Source: Dipteris shenzhenensis (Eukaryota). From it: a stretch of DNA of 64,000 bases. Each line of letters begins with the position of its first letter. Position 1 is the stretch's first letter. Both the position numbers and the translations under genes were made by a program. This document shows, piece after piece, positions 27,440 to 41,727 of this stretch. The stretch lies in the NCBI GenBank assembly GCA_047967505.1, contig CM106538.1. One strand, written 5' to 3'. Below the pieces are notes generated by a model. It did not search any database. It was given only the letters and a program-made list of their open reading frames with translations, and had not been told where the DNA came from.

Positions 27440-28700
27440 ATAGATCCAATAGAGCAATTGTATACCCAACCATAATGCACTTTTTGCTTTTGGCATTAAA
27501 CATACCTCTCTTTCTCTTGTGAACATGAGTGCACGTTGATCTATGATGTTGGGCACTAGGTTATGTCTAGTCCATGATTCCTTAGCATTGTGTAAAGCAT
27601 CTATGCATGATTAATTGATCAAGAAAAACCAGAGGCCATGCTTCCCAAAACAAAATTGTCATGACTTGAGTTTGCATCATATCATTCATCTATAAATGCA
27701 ACAAAGTACTTGCTACCTATAAGTGATGGTGTAGCCTACTAGATAATAATGTACAAAATTTAATGGCTTCTTTGCCATTTTGACCGATTCTTGGTGAATG
27801 GATCTTTATGTCACTTCTCATAAAAGATCCATACACAAATCCCATTCCTTGACATATGAAACAATATTGACCATGTTTTCTTCCCAAGCATCTTCATTGC
27901 CTATTCCCAAATTTGGAAGAGTATGTGCTATCATGTATATCTTTAGAGTTGGTGGTGGTATCGCAAGAATGTAGAAGATGCCATCTTTGGTCTCATGATG
28001 ATTTTAATAAGGGCATAGTTACTTGGTATTACTTTCTCTTTTTTGCATAAGCAATCCTTTGTGTTTCTCTATTGGATCGGTTGGTCTCTCATTTGTGAGA
28101 AATTTGACATATGTTTCTTCTTTCTCTAGTGCTTTAGAGTTAGATGCCACAACAATTCTTGTCCAACCATTGGACTCTTCCATTTCAAATCTTTATCGAA
28201 TATGAGATTTGGATAATAATCAACTTTTGAGTGGTTGGAGCATACAACCTATAGGATCTACTATGGTCATTATACAAGATGTAGGATTTAGTATGCTCAT
28301 TATGCAACCTGTATGAATCACTATGCTCATTATGGTGCAACTTTTGAGTAGTTGGAGCATACAACCTATACGATTTACTGTGCTCATTATAGCCTAACAA
28401 GATGTATTTTCTTTTTCTTTTAATCAGTGATGATGATGACTACAGCATATGGTATGCTTTCAAATATTCTTAGATGGTTGATAATTTGGTATGCGACCAA
28501 TGAGGGCCTCATATGATGTCGTACCTCTTCTGAGCTTTATTGGTAATCTATTTGGTTACAATTATTTGATTCCTCCCAATAGTGTGTTGATAAATGTTTC
28601 TCTTTTGTTGCATTTTAGTGAGTGGCTTATTGTTCTTTCTCTTTATCAACATTCTGTTGTTGCATTGAATGGTTGTCAAGGTCTAGTTTAAATTACCTCT
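27440..28700 (-). mobile_element. Copia integrase C-terminal remnants
   Basis: AKSKKCIMVGY (about 27460-27500) and ILLGYNEHSKSYRLY (about 28360-28405) match the Copia KCIFVGY..KGYRLY motif. Confidence 0.65.
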
Positions 28701-30507
28701 TGATGGTTGTTACGGATGTGGTATATTATGTTGATGGTTGTTACCAATGTGGTCTATTAGTCACTTTCTAGCGATCTTATCATTTTGTTTCCCTTTGCCT
28801 TTTCCCAAGGTTCCTCTATCTCTACCTCTAATCAATGAAGAAAATGTGCATTCATTCATTGGACATTTCCTTCTTTGTATTGACTACTTACTCAGTACTT
28901 CACTAGACAATAGAGTCTAGTGATTTTCCAATAATGTTTTTCTTTTATGAATTGCAATACTTTGCAAGTTATTCATACCCAAATCACTTATATTTCTTCA
29001 AGGTATCTTTGACTAGCTATACATTTATATCCTTGATCTTGAAAACATGTGCATGTCTTGTCTTCTTGTGATGTCAATATCTCTTTATTGATCTTACTTG
29101 CCTAGCTCCTTTTCAGAGAGCTAGAATCCCCATATATACAAACCCCTTTTTCCAAAAAAGAGTTCTTGAGACAAAACCGATATTGAACAATAATAAGATT
29201 CGGGATTTATGAGACATGACCTTATTGGCTCATTTATTATTGACATGGATTTTCCTTAGGAATTTTATGAGGTTATCCAAGGAGTTTAAGAATGAAAACA
29301 AGAAAGCTAGTTATATTCATGAAATCAACATGACATTTAATTTAAAATTTTCAATCTCCTTTTTAATAACAATATATGGAATTTTTTGGATGCAAGGCCA
29401 CAACTCTACTACTCTGATCATGTGGTTAACAATCTTACAACTTCCTGACCCTAGTTACCCCTAAATGCTACCTTTCATGCTTTTCTTATACTTTAGTGTG
29501 TCTCCCCATCCAAGCTTCCATCATTTTTCACTATGGGAATTGGTCCTGCTAGCTGTTACAAACTTTGCCAAAGATCCTATAAAGTCCATTTTTCCCCTAA
29601 GTGTGCTATCAATAGGTCTTTTATATATTGAGAGGATTATCAAGACAACTAATCTCTTAGCCAATAAAGGCACATGTTATGAGAGAGAAAGAACAGTCGT
29701 GGAAAAAGGGGAGCACGGGGGGAAAAGGTTAGTGGTAAAAGAATAATGAATTACATTTAAATAATACAATTAAAACCCAAAGTATAAGGAGGGGTTTAAT
29801 AAAGCCCATAGATTAAATATTAGCATTTATTGGTGTCAGGGGGATTCAATAAAGCCCCTAACTTGTATTAACAATTATTAATAAATGGTGTGCATGAAAA
29901 GAGAGTGTGTGCTTATAAACATAAGAGGATCATAAAGCTTATAAAGTTAAGAAAATTGGGAATATATTGACCATACACATATTAGCAATTCTTAATAAAT
30001 GGTGTGCATGAAAAGACTCTTGATATATCCATTGTGAATGAGGTGATAGATAAGGAGCTGCTTAAGAAAGGATTTAATAATATCCCTAAGAATGAAAAAT
30101 GTGACATTAAGGAGACATTGGAAGTCACAATGGAAGGTTGTCTTAGTTTAATGGGCACACCATGAGATATGGGAACACCTTGGACGACTCCTTCAAATAT
30201 TGTACAATAAGATTATTGAAGGAAAAGAAGCATGTGGATAAAAATTCTTGGGTGGATCTAGAATTTTAACTAATCAAAAGTGAAATAAGGATACTTTTGC
30301 AAGCTTTACTTATTACCAATATGAACAAATTTACTTCTACCCTAAGCTTTCTTTGTAGAAAAATGATGTTTGAACAAGCTAGATTAAGATTAATAGAATT
30401 TGATTTAATCCAAATTAATGTTGCTAATATTCAACGCATATTTCATTAATTTGGACCCTTATCTCTTATTTCATCAAATTGGGACTTTTATATCTTATTC
30501 AAATTAA

Positions 30508-30630
30508 AATAATGGATTTTGAAAATTCCTCCAAACTTAAAAAATGGATTTCAAAGATCCTTCCCAATCAAAAAAGTGGATTTCAAAAATCCCTCCAACC
30601 CTAAAAGTGGATTTCAAAACTCCATACCAA
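30508..30630. repeat. Minisatellite, four copies of about 30 bp
   Basis: Unit approximately AAAA(G)TGGATTTCAAAAATCCCTCCAA. Confidence 0.8.
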
Positions 30631-31047
30631 GTCCCTAATGGAGAGGACAATGGGAAAATGGTCAAATGTTGTGGTACCTCCTAATATGGAAGGGCAACTT
30701 CCTCTATCCAAGGTCTAATTATCAATGTAGAAACTATCAATCTTGGCATGGATGGTCACCTTGAGTCTCCTATTAAACTAGGAGCTCAAAGACATAAGGC
30801 ACTACCTAAAACTCATCTCAAATTAGTTTCTTCCTTTGGTTCTCAAAATAGATTCTTCCCATGTAGCTTTCTCGAAAGGACCGACGCTCCTTGCCTTTGC
30901 CCCCTCTTATCAATAGGCTGTTCTACCATGTTGAAGCCCCTCTTACTAACCCAAGAGTCAGCCTGCGGCAGCGAACTACAAATCTCCCTCTAAAAGCAAA
31001 ACACAATGTTGGATCAAGGCATACCTACTAACAGAGGTGGTGAGGAA

Positions 31048-31233
31048 TGTGAGATTGTTAATACACTCAAAAAGATTGGATATAAGTTCCTATCAAGCTA
31101 GAGCAATCTGTGGCGCAACTACAAGAAAATGTTTGCAATAATGTGAAATTGTTAATACACTCCAAAAGAATTGATATAAGTTGCTATCAAGCTAGAGCAA
31201 TCTGTGGAGCAACTACAAGAACATGTTTGCAAT
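31048..31233. repeat. 93-bp tandem duplication
   Basis: ATGTGA.ATTGTTAATACACTC...ATGTTTGCAATA occurs twice. Confidence 0.85.
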
Positions 31234-32317
31234 ACGTGTCCAACATAATAGTCCTCATGGCTGTAATGCTTGGTTCTCCATCTTTGCATGAAGTTCGGCT
31301 CCAAATCCTACCTATGTATTGCAAGCTGCCTGTTCCCATAGTAGATGGGTTCCAAGAGGCATGACCCTTGTATAGCTGCCCTGTTTCAAATAAGAGTAGT
31401 TGTTGTCCATATAGTAGATGGTGAACTTGTAGATTGCCCCTAACCTCATTATGGTAGGTTAACACCATCCCCCTCAACCAACCTTGACCCCTTATTTAGT
31501 TCTTAAGATGATTTGAAGTGGGATAGAAATCAGACAAGAACTAAGCTAGACGTCATCCTTAAATTATAGGAACTGAGTAAGAACTCAAGATTAAGCTAGC
31601 AACCATTGATTAGACATAATAAATTTATGTAGTCAAGCATGCCAAAGTCTACACTAGAGCCCAAACCGCTGGTGGAGAGGTTGCAACAACCTAGATGGTC
31701 AACAAGTCCATGGCCATGTCACGTGTTAAGGTACCCAAAGGATGTGAACCATTAGGCTACAATCCGTGCACCCTATTTAGGAGTGCTGGATATCCAATGC
31801 ATAGCCACATAAAAATGGTGAAGGATGCTTCCTATAGCATCTGTTCTTATATACATGTTTCAAGTATTTAAAATTTGTTTTACTTGATTTTCATGACAAG
31901 ACATTTCCAAAAACTGAACGTTTGACAAATGCCTAAAGGCATACATAATGGTTCGGGAAAGTTCTTCCTGCATGAATTTCAAATACCCACTGGGTGAATG
32001 TTCTGGTATTGTGGTCTGCTTTCTTGTATATGGTCTACGGTAAGATGCTTGCCAAAATAAGCCTTTCGATTCATGCCCAAGGGCTAATCTAGTAAGAAAG
32101 ATCCGCCTCATGGTAGAGTACCATATTTATTTCTCTGTTTGGAAGGGAAATTTCTCTGTGGATAAATTCCAAGAGCGAACTGGATAAATGTTCAAGTACG
32201 GAGGCCACACCCTTGTTGGTATATGATCTACAGCAATTCTTGACAAGAATATAATCCAAAGGCAGTTATTTGTGTTCAATAAACATGTTGTACAGCTTCT
32301 GAACGAATCTTCAGTAT

Positions 32318-32454
32318 TCAAAATCCTGCACCAGATATATGTTCACCGACTGTTGCACCAACCGATGGACCACCCGTGCGATATGCATAGAGATGCTCTA
32401 TTGCAACTCCCTGTAACTTGCGGGGAACAATGCCCAATTCCTTGAAGGTCAAGG
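32318..32454 (-). CDS. NDUFA9: Complex I 39-kDa subunit, last exon
   Basis: Acceptor CAG, then (A)LTFKELGIVPRKLQGVAIEHLYAYRTGGPSVGATVGEHISGAGF*; resembles the plant NDUFA9 C-terminus. Confidence 0.9.
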
Positions 32455-32539
32455 CTGCACAACAAATGAAGAGAATGAGATACCTTAAACCAAAAATCAT
32501 TCAGAGCAGTGCAGGAAAATACATGGATCGAGTTCTTAC

Positions 32540-32660
32540 CGCCTGGGGAAACGACATGGTCAATTTCAAGGATGTCGATGTAGTCGGCACTATAAGTAGG
32601 GGGGGAAGAAATTGGCAACCGGAGTTTTTTGAACAGTAAGTCTCTCGGTAATGCAATCAT
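32540..32660 (-). CDS. NDUFA9: Complex I 39-kDa subunit, penultimate exon
   Basis: TAG acceptor, MIALPRDLLFKKLRLPISSPPTYSADYIDILEIDHVVSPG, GTAAG donor; phase matches the last exon. Confidence 0.9.
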
Positions 32661-34559
32661 CTACAAAGAACCATAAGCTCAATTATCACAATATGAAATA
32701 TACAGGCCTCTACTTTGTACCACTGAGGTTTCAGCACCCCAGCTGGTAAATGTCCATCAGTTATTGCTCTCAAATAATACTGTTGCCCATACCAGAACCT
32801 GGGACAACTAGTGTTAGATAAACTATGTCCAGCATAGCCTCTGGAATTTAGCCATCTCTAAATGTATACACTCATGCAGAACCTTTGCCAATTTACCTAG
32901 AAAGAGATGACAGATAGCTTTTCAAAGAAAAAAAAACGATGAGGAAGGGGCTACCATGCTGACATCGTTCCCAACAAAATTAACGTGTTAAAGACAGATG
33001 GGGAGCCACTTAAAGCCAACCACAACTTCTTTCAAAGAAAATAAAGCTAAATTAAAAACAGGGCGCTGAAAACAAAGCTGCTTCAAACAACCTAATCAAG
33101 TGTGCGGCACATTTTCAGGGACCTTGCAGGTCTGGAAGAAGTCCAGGGAAGATCCTTGCCCTGACCCAAATGCCAGATACCGTAAACACTTGATAAGAGC
33201 ACTTGCTGATCCTTTGGGAGCTATTTACCCTTAGCTCCTAGCGCCCTCTCGTGACAAAGTTGTGGATTCAGCTTCCCTCTCATGGCTCAGCTCAGCTAAG
33301 CTGCATGAGCCAGATGCTTGCTTATCTGCAACAGTAGCAGCATCATCTACAGCAGATTGCAATGCCTGCTGTGCCACATGGACATCCACTGTTTTCTCAT
33401 AATTCCTTTGAAGGGAAAGAAGCCTAAGTGGGAGGCATACTTAATCTTGATGAACTATCCGGAAGTTCATAGTGTTACTTCTGTGAAGGCTTACTTCCAC
33501 GAAGTATCTGGTGCCAAGACTTAGAGGACGATGGAAGCACCTCTTTCTTGGGCAGAGTTCAAAGTTCACAAAGAAGTCCTCAAAGGAGCCTATACCTAGA
33601 TTGCCAAACTCATCCTCTTAAAACACAACATAGTGCAATTTCAATCTCACGATAGTCACTCATAAGATTGAAAACCATAAACTCCATCACGCAAACAGGG
33701 ACTAGCTACTATGACATCCCCACTAACGTCATCAACACCCAACAATGGGTGTAGACCATAGTATAAAAATATGCTCTCACACATACAAATCCACACACGC
33801 ACACATAATTGAGCATCCATTTAGACAAAGTCTTCATATTGCGTTTCTGTCGGCACTCCAGAGGTGAAGGGCAAACTCAGCCATGACGAAGGCTAGCGCT
33901 AAAGGAGAAGGCTAATAAAAAAGTAGTCCAAAATCTCTTCATTCAAGCTACAGCTACTTGTGAAGTCTAAACGATTTCACTTTAGTCTCTCCCAAACGAG
34001 CATCTAAATCTAGCTGATAGGGCAACACAACACCATTTAAGATAGAAAGAATTATCGCAATACCAGCAAGCTGCAACTTGGACGAAAACTTCACAAGGTA
34101 AAATTTGCACGTCCGCTAATACGGCAGAAGCATATACCTAGATGAATCCAGGAACATTCCCAAACTCATCCTCAAAGGAGCCTAATAAGTTTGAAATTTC
34201 TTTAAAGTCATGATGGGAAAAAATCTGGAGGAGTATAATAGCAACTTCCAAATCAGCCAGCTGCAGTTAATCCGACCGAGTGTTTTATCTGGCTACCCAA
34301 CTGTAGAGCCATTAGCTGACCCCTAGATCATAGGCAGATCCATGGGTGGTGATGTGTGATTTGACGAGAAGATTGCCTTCTTGCTTTAGAGTTTTCGGAG
34401 ATTCTAGTTTATGAGAAGTTGAAGTGTGCATATGCTCAAGTTCTATATGAAACATGACATATCCTTGACGCTATAAAGGCAGTTTCCTTGTTGCTCTATC
34501 CATACTATCAACGTCATGTCCTAATTCTCCCAGGGTTAGGTTACATGACCCTAGGTGAA

Positions 34560-35260
34560 CCTGACCTCCATAATACTAGCCATGTTATGTCCAAACGTTC
34601 TCCCTCCTTTTTCAAAGCACCACTCAAACATAAACTTTGGGAATCGGCGCTACACAAAATCAGTACTTTTCCAAGTACTATCCTCTTCTCAGTGATCCCT
34701 CTACTTCACCTTTAGTCTAGAACAATCATGCTCCTAAGTTGTCTATCCCTAGAATCTAGAAGACAATCTAGTTTATAGAGCATATAGGTGGTTAGATCCT
34801 TACGTTGTATGAGTTCATCCTCAAAGACTAGATTATTTCATGCATACAATTCTCTTTAAGTCTACTAACATGAAAGACTGGGTGTACCAAACATTAGGTA
34901 AATGCAACTCGTAGGCCACTTCATTGATCTTTTTAAGGATCAAGAAAAGAGCACAAAAGTGTGAAGATATTTAAGAGACCTGACCAGTTCACATAACTAA
35001 AGAATCTTTAGGGATCATAGCAAAGTCAGTGGCCTTTCCGAGAGAACTTGAGGTGACTGCTTCTGATTAGCATAAACCTGTGCTGTATCTTGAGCCTCTT
35101 TATGCTCTTCCTTGCAAACTCCAACATATCTTCTGATTAGCATAAAGCCGTGCAAAATCTTGAGCAGTCTTTATGCTCTCCCTTGCAAACTACAACATAT
35201 CTTGTTGCTGTTTCGACCAATCAGCTGCAATACCAACCTTGACATCTTGTAAGCCAACTA
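34560..35260 (-). mobile_element. Gypsy integrase C-terminal remnant in an NDUFA9 intron
   Basis: VHPVFHVSRLK (about 34857-34890) and AQDTAQVYANQK; 70-bp tandem duplication at 35060-35200. Confidence 0.7.
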
Positions 35261-35874
35261 CTCATACGGCTCTACCAAACTCATATTGAGCTGAGTGTCC
35301 AATCTCTTGAACACACCTGTCCAAGAATGCCCAGTAAATTAGCATCTATGCCAATAACTATTTCGCTGGCAAGCAATATAAGCTAAACAAATTTTCCATG
35401 AACAGGTGGGAAAGTTGAGTGACTGAAATATTCTCTTGTAAATAAGAATGACTGACAATTTGGTGAGTCAATCAATCATCATCTGAATCCATCATAACCA
35501 TGAAAGGTTGGTGGTAATCTTACTTTGTAAGTCCATGGAAATACTCTGCCATTTCTTTTTACATATCTCCAAATGATGCAACAAGCCACCACACCTCAAG
35601 CGCTTAGCTTTGTTAAGTTGGCATGGTTTTCGAACAGAACGTTCGACGTCAACTTTAAGCTTAGGCCAAAAGAAAGTTCTTTAAACTAGATCCAAAGTTC
35701 TTTATATTCGTAGCTGCCTAACACCAAGTATTCAAAAGATCATATAATAAAAAATTGAAGTATATTTTAGCAGAACTTTGATAGCACCAACCAACCACTT
35801 TCAATTGTTTTGAAATTTTCTAAATCCATTAGTAGAAGAAATACTCATCACAACAGAAAGGCATATAGCTTTAC

Positions 35875-35943
35875 CTTTGCTACACCAATAGGCATATAAA
35901 ATGTTCGAGGATGCTCCCGAATAGTTTCAAACATCAAAAGGAC
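35875..35943 (-). CDS. NDUFA9: Complex I 39-kDa subunit, 69-bp internal exon (not in the ORF track)
   Basis: TAG acceptor, VLLMFETIREHPRTFYMPIGVAK, GTAAAG donor; phase 0 at both ends, bridging the neighbouring exons. Confidence 0.88.
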
Positions 35944-35982
35944 CTATAGGAGCATTGTTTTAAAACAAAATAGTCAACAACA

Positions 35983-35984
<2 letters not shown>

Positions 35985-36018
<34 letters not shown>
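35985..36018. repeat. (CT)17 microsatellite
   Basis: Read directly from the sequence. Confidence 0.95.
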
Positions 36019-36020
<2 letters not shown>

Positions 36021-37499
36021 ATGCATACATACATACATTAAATCGATCATTTGACCACAGAGGTGGCCATTATAGATCTTTTTACACAAACTTTACTAGA
36101 CAAGCTTTGGAAGAAAGAGATCAAATCCAAGGATTATCTCTAAAAAAATATGTCCATATTCAAAAGACAGCTCATGTGTCATGGGCATTTGCAAGCCCAT
36201 GGCATGGCTGCCTTACTTGAAGCTCTGTAGCACCCCTGCAGCCCAGGACAGCAAGAGATGCAGGATAGCATCCATACAGGTTGTACAGCCTACAACATCA
36301 CCCACAGGCTGGTACAACTGGATAGGTACGGGACAACAGATACCAAGCACAGGGCACATGCAGTGGAAGTACAGGTAACGTCAACAGGTTAGCAGTACAG
36401 TCGGGCTGCCATGTGGCAGATGTCAGATCTGAAGTAAGTTGGGCCATTCTGTGGCAAAATTGGCCACACACTTAACGATAGATCTGCCCCCCGAGTTTTT
36501 TCCATTCGTGTATGGTATAGATACCAAACCTTTGCAAGTGTCTGAAAAAAAGATGCATGAAAACGTGACTAGAGCCTCTCTTTTTTTTTGGGTTGGGGAA
36601 TTTTTTATGATGATGATGGTGAGGGAGAGGAAGAGGAAGAAGTTGACCATTGAGACTCTAGAGCTAGCACACTGAAGCTAGAGTCTTTGACTGTTTTAGC
36701 CTCATTCCTTTTTTGCAGTCTCGTTTCTTTTGGCCTAGGTTTTTAGAGTTTTCAGCTTTAATGCTTGAAAGTTCAAAGTTGGAACTCGGAAGGTTTTCCT
36801 GGACTTTTGAAAAAAGATTTAAGTCTCATGACTCTTCTATCCTTGATCATTTATGTATTTGACAACTGATGAATCATGCATGAAGTGATAAGTCTACTGT
36901 CTTTCAAAGTTTGTGAATCTAGACTCTATAACTGTTTATGGTTTAAGATATATTTTTGGAATGCATAGGTAGTTGGAACTTGAAGAGTGAACTTGTTTAT
37001 AAAGTTTCCTATACCTTATGTTTTGAAAGTAAGAAAATTTTAGGGCCGCATATGGTTCAGCCAGGGGCATTTTCCCATATTTCCATATCCTATGGTAAGC
37101 CGTATGGAAACGTATGGAAAAAACTATGGTCTGCCCTAAATAATTAAAAAGGGACCTTCACACTGGATAGCAAACACAGAGCCTCCCTCCGTCTCCCTCC
37201 TCACAAGAAGGGTACTCCCTTTATTCAGCTTGTTCTCCTGCATAAAGGCAACAGTTGTATTCATCCTTTTGGCTCAGCAATAACACTAAATACTCTACCC
37301 AAGAAGCAAAGGAAGTCGTCTAAGAGGCCAAAGCAAAGCGCATTTGGGCAGCACAAAAAAGAGCGGGATCAGACACTGCTCTCTCTCATCAAACCTCACG
37401 AATCAAAGAATCTGGAGATGGGCCAAAATGCTCCCTCCCGGAAAAATAAGATTTTCAAAGGTACAATTGCAAAATTGGCCCATGGCTCAATCAAATTTA

Positions 37500-39310
37500 A
37501 AGTTACTTATCGATAGTCCCCGCAAGAACAACAAAGTGTGTATTTTGGCCTCCATGTATCAGTTAGGTGAAGCCGTCACATGGTAGCACAAGTGGTGGGT
37601 GGATCATTATGATGCGATGATGCAAACAGCCCCGAGTGGCTGGCAATCCAGAGGGACATCAGGACATGATCCCTACAATCACAACACCTAGATTTTCAAT
37701 TCTTCAAGCTTTCCCAAGGGCCCTCCCAATCGGTCAACCATTATGCCAAACAATTCACATAGGTGACCATCCCATTACTAAAGAGAAGCAGGACAAAACC
37801 ATGAAATTTCTTAATGGGCTGTGTTGGAAAACAGACGTACATTTGTCTAGAATGTAGCAAGCTAGCGCAATGTGTAGATGAATGCCCTTGCAAACAAGAC
37901 ATCTAAATGCAGAATTAGGAGAAGAGATGGACAAAGAACATTTTCAGAACTTGAAGAGAAAGAGTACGCAGATGTACAACCAAAAAAGAATACATATCAA
38001 GGTAGGTATAAGTACAAAAACTGCCAATAAACTACCAACACCTTCAGCAAACAGTCACCGAGGTCAGGTACCTCTCTTCACTGCACCCTCTCAGGTAGAC
38101 TCTCTCTGTTCTGCCACGTGCCTCCATGTAGGCTTCAGTAGCTGCTCAAGGCTGAGCACTCCTGCAAAGAAATGCTCTCATAGAAACTACAGACAAAGCT
38201 CCCCTTCGCAGTCCTTATCCTCTCTTATAGGCGTAGGTCTGCACCTAGGTCTTCTGTAGATGTTAAGGACTTAGGCTCCTGCAAGAACTCTCTGTCAAGA
38301 TGGTGATCTCTAGGGGCTCTATTGCTCTTCACTGCTCCAGAATTATCTGAAGGCTAAGTACTCGATTGATGGATGGAACCCCTGAAATATATAGGGCTGA
38401 ATGCCCTCTTGAATCAGCCGACCAGACCCCAGATTTGGCCAACCAGATCTGGCCGAATTGCAGCCCCCTGCTCCAGCCGACCTGAAAGACAAAAGCAAAC
38501 TGCTGACTAGCGGTGCTTCCAGTCAACCCTATAGCGCTCTAGCAGGTGCCCTTTGCTGGCCCTGCACCTGCTTCTTTTTGCTTGATCGGAGCAGTCCTGC
38601 TGTACCAGTACTGCTCCAGCACCTCTTGTACAGCCTGTCGTACTGCTGTAGCTGCTGTATAGACCTGCTTCTGCCGACTAGGTGTTCTATCTCTGCTGGC
38701 AGCCCTGTTGCTGGTCCTTTCCTTGCTGCGCACTGCAGCAGCTTTGTGCCCCTATGCCAGCCCATTGTGCTGGTGTGAGTGGCTCGTGTGGTTGCCCAAA
38801 AATAATACCAAAGAGGATTTCTGTCTGCTCTCCATGTGGCAGCCATCTTGCTGCCCACATGGCTGTCCATCTTGCTGCCCACATAACAGTCTCAGCCCAT
38901 CCCCCTACTGATGCATCCTGAGGTATCAAGCCCCTAAGATCTCCCCATTTGGGCTTACACATGGAGCATCGACCCTATACTTCCAACAGGCTGCAGACTG
39001 AAATTGAGTGGTATGTGTGCAATTTCCATCCCCAAGGTATGAGCTTGTGCATAATTTTGAGCTCATGAGCAAGGGTCAACAAGGACCCAAGTAGACACTC
39101 CATAAGAAGTACCAAGATTCCATCTTCTCCTCAGACAACAATTCCGATGGTGGGAAGAAATCTGGTAATAGATAATAGTCTGGTAAGACCACAAAGGGCA
39201 GCAATATCCATGGCAAATTCCTAGATGTCAAGACTTGGGCCAGTTATAACAAGGAAAACAAATGCTACTATTGTCATGTGCACCGTCATCTCAAGCAAGA
39301 TTGCCTGCAC
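37500..39310 (+). mobile_element. Decayed Gypsy-type gag fragment split by a putative solo LTR
   Basis: YQLGEAVTW and KFLNGL to the left of the insert; CYYCHVHRHLKQDC knuckle to the right. Confidence 0.55.
37873..38959 (-). mobile_element. Putative solo LTR (about 1.09 kb)
   Basis: TGTA..TACA termini, minus-strand TATATA near 38388-38394, internal 18-bp repeat, interrupts the gag fragment; no clean TSD. Confidence 0.5.
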
Positions 39311-39525
39311 TTCAAGAAGCTCCATGGGAAGATGGCCACCCAATTGGCCCAGTTTCAACTTCAACCCCACAAAGACGACATTCATGGGCATCGAGGAGAT
39401 CAAACATCAGCAGAACTATGTTCCAGTTCTATGGACAGAGCATGGATTAGAAAGTCCTCATCCTGGTAGATTTTGAGAGTTTGGAGGACATCATCTCTAT
39501 CAAGGTAGTAAAAAGGCTTCTTCTC

Positions 39526-41727
39526 TTTTTTTAAGACAGAAAAAAGGGACTTTCTATTAATGCTTGGAAACACAGAAACCATACAAGTCGGCTGTCCTGA
39601 AGGTGCCGACCAGAAAAGAAGAAACCCCCTCAAGCCTGGCAAAGGTCATCCTGCCTCCCGAGAACCCAACTCACTACCTAGGGTGTCTCATGGATAGGGG
39701 CTAACAACCAGGGGGAGGACTATACAAGTAGCGAATCTCTCGCGGCATGAATGTAGAAAACTCTTGCATGCCATGCATTGCACAAACACTCCCGCCTTTC
39801 GGTGGTCGATGTAGAGTCCAATGGCCTATACTCCTAGGTGGCGCACAGAGTATAGATGATATCTTGCCAAATAGCAACCAGAGTGGCTGTCGGTGGAACC
39901 TGATGTCCCCCCATCAGTAGGATGCAACGTGCAACCCAGATGTTCCACGCCATGATGCTGGCTACTGTCTCCCACACACCATCGTCTGGAGCCAAGAGAG
40001 GCAGGTGTTGGGCTGGCGGGGTCGCGTCATGTAGTTTGATCCGATGTATGCATTGCCTGTGTATTCTGTAAGCTAGGGAGACCTCATCAATGTGGAAGGC
40101 ATAACCTCCCATGTCAACAAGGCCGTCATGCCCTATGGAGCCCCGGTGAAGATTCTACATCTGGGCTACGATCTGGAGGGATCCTAGCCAGATCCTATGG
40201 GCGCTCAAGGAGCTCCAAAGGCAGTGTAGGATCATCTCCAACAAACCATCCAAGCAGCAATGATACCGCTCATCCACTCACATCTACTCCAGCCAAGGGC
40301 CTATGGGGCTATCAACCAAAAGAAGTGCGAGATCTTCCATGGTTGCAGAGTGGACCAGAGCCTCATCTAGAAATGTGAGTGAACCTCCTGAGATACTTGT
40401 TGTACTACCCAATGTTTCCCCCTGAAGGGGTCCAAGATGATGCCTCCATCTATAGTCGCCATCCTATCCGGGTCGTGTAGGAGAAGAAGGAAACCTCCTC
40501 CCCTCTCTCTGTATGGCCTTCCCGGGATGGCCAGAACAACTTTCTTGGATCCCACTGCACCTCCAAAAGGGGCCGACCCTCCCACAACTAGAGTTGCCAG
40601 GGGGGGACCTCCTGGTCCGAAATGCTGGGAGGATCTATAAACCAAGCCTTGCCTAATTGGCCAACTACCCTAATTAGCTACCAGTCAAGTGAATCTATGC
40701 TTCCTTCCATTTCTGGGTCCTCCCCTGTCATAGTCCCCTAGTCCCCACCCTGAAGAAGCTGACTCGACTGCTTACCTTACCTCATCAGAAACCCGTCCTA
40801 AAGAACTGGCCCAATCAACAACCGTGTGCCCAGGTCTGCAAGGCTTCCCTCCATAGCTCTAGTATGGCTGCGTCTATCTCTCTCATCCGAAGTCCGGCTC
40901 CTCTAATGTGGGAGAGAGCCTTGTGTCTCATCTTTGGGTCCAGGTGGGAGGTCCCGAAAGAACTGGCCAACCCGCTATCCCACTCAGTACAACCTATATG
41001 TGTTTGCTACCCGAGCACACAGCCGCCGTGATCTCGAGCCTATGGGTGCCAAATGAGTGGTGGTGCTCAAACTCCTCTTGCAGCGGGGAGGGGCCCGTAC
41101 AAGTCCTCCTGCCAATCTCTACCATATCCTGGAAAGGCTCCTCATCAGTAGGGATCCCTTCCCCGTGAGAGGAGCCTCTGAAAAAAGCCAATGGTAAGAT
41201 TGCTGCCACTAATCACATGTGTGTGGGGTGTTCTTGAGAAGCCCCCTCTACAAGAGGAGCTTCCAAGGCTTTGCACCTGAGGTAAAGCCATGAAACACTA
41301 ACTTGCCCAAAAGGGCCCTGCTCACATTCTACCAAGCAACCCGGGCCCTGGTGTTCCTCGTGCCATCCGAACTCAGCCCAAAGGAAATTGCGCACTAGGC
41401 GCTTGAGCTAACCCATGCATCCCCTATGAAAACACCAGCAAGAGGCTATGTACTAGGCCATGGCTAAGAGAACCCAGTTGGCTACTAGAGCTCTGCCTGC
41501 TAAAGAAAGCTTGGTTGAGCTCCAATATAAGAGCTTCGCCGTACACTCTTCAGAACCGGGGCGATCTGTTGCTCTGCATCTCCAGATCGATGATGCCCAG
41601 GTAAGCCTGCGGCGGCATGATCACAATCTACCAAGCAACCTATGCCCTGGCCGTCCGAACCGGCCCAAAGGAAATTGAACAACCATGGGGCAATTTTTCC
41701 CTTTATAAGGTCTTTTCCCCCCAACAT
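39526..41727 (-). mobile_element. 5'-truncated L1/Tx1-like LINE (ORF2 C-terminus and A7 tail)
   Basis: VANWVLLAMA..SCWCF..LVRNFLW resembles 62640-62760; LHCLWS and AWNIWVARC motifs; 3' end shared with 1209-2126. Confidence 0.8.
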
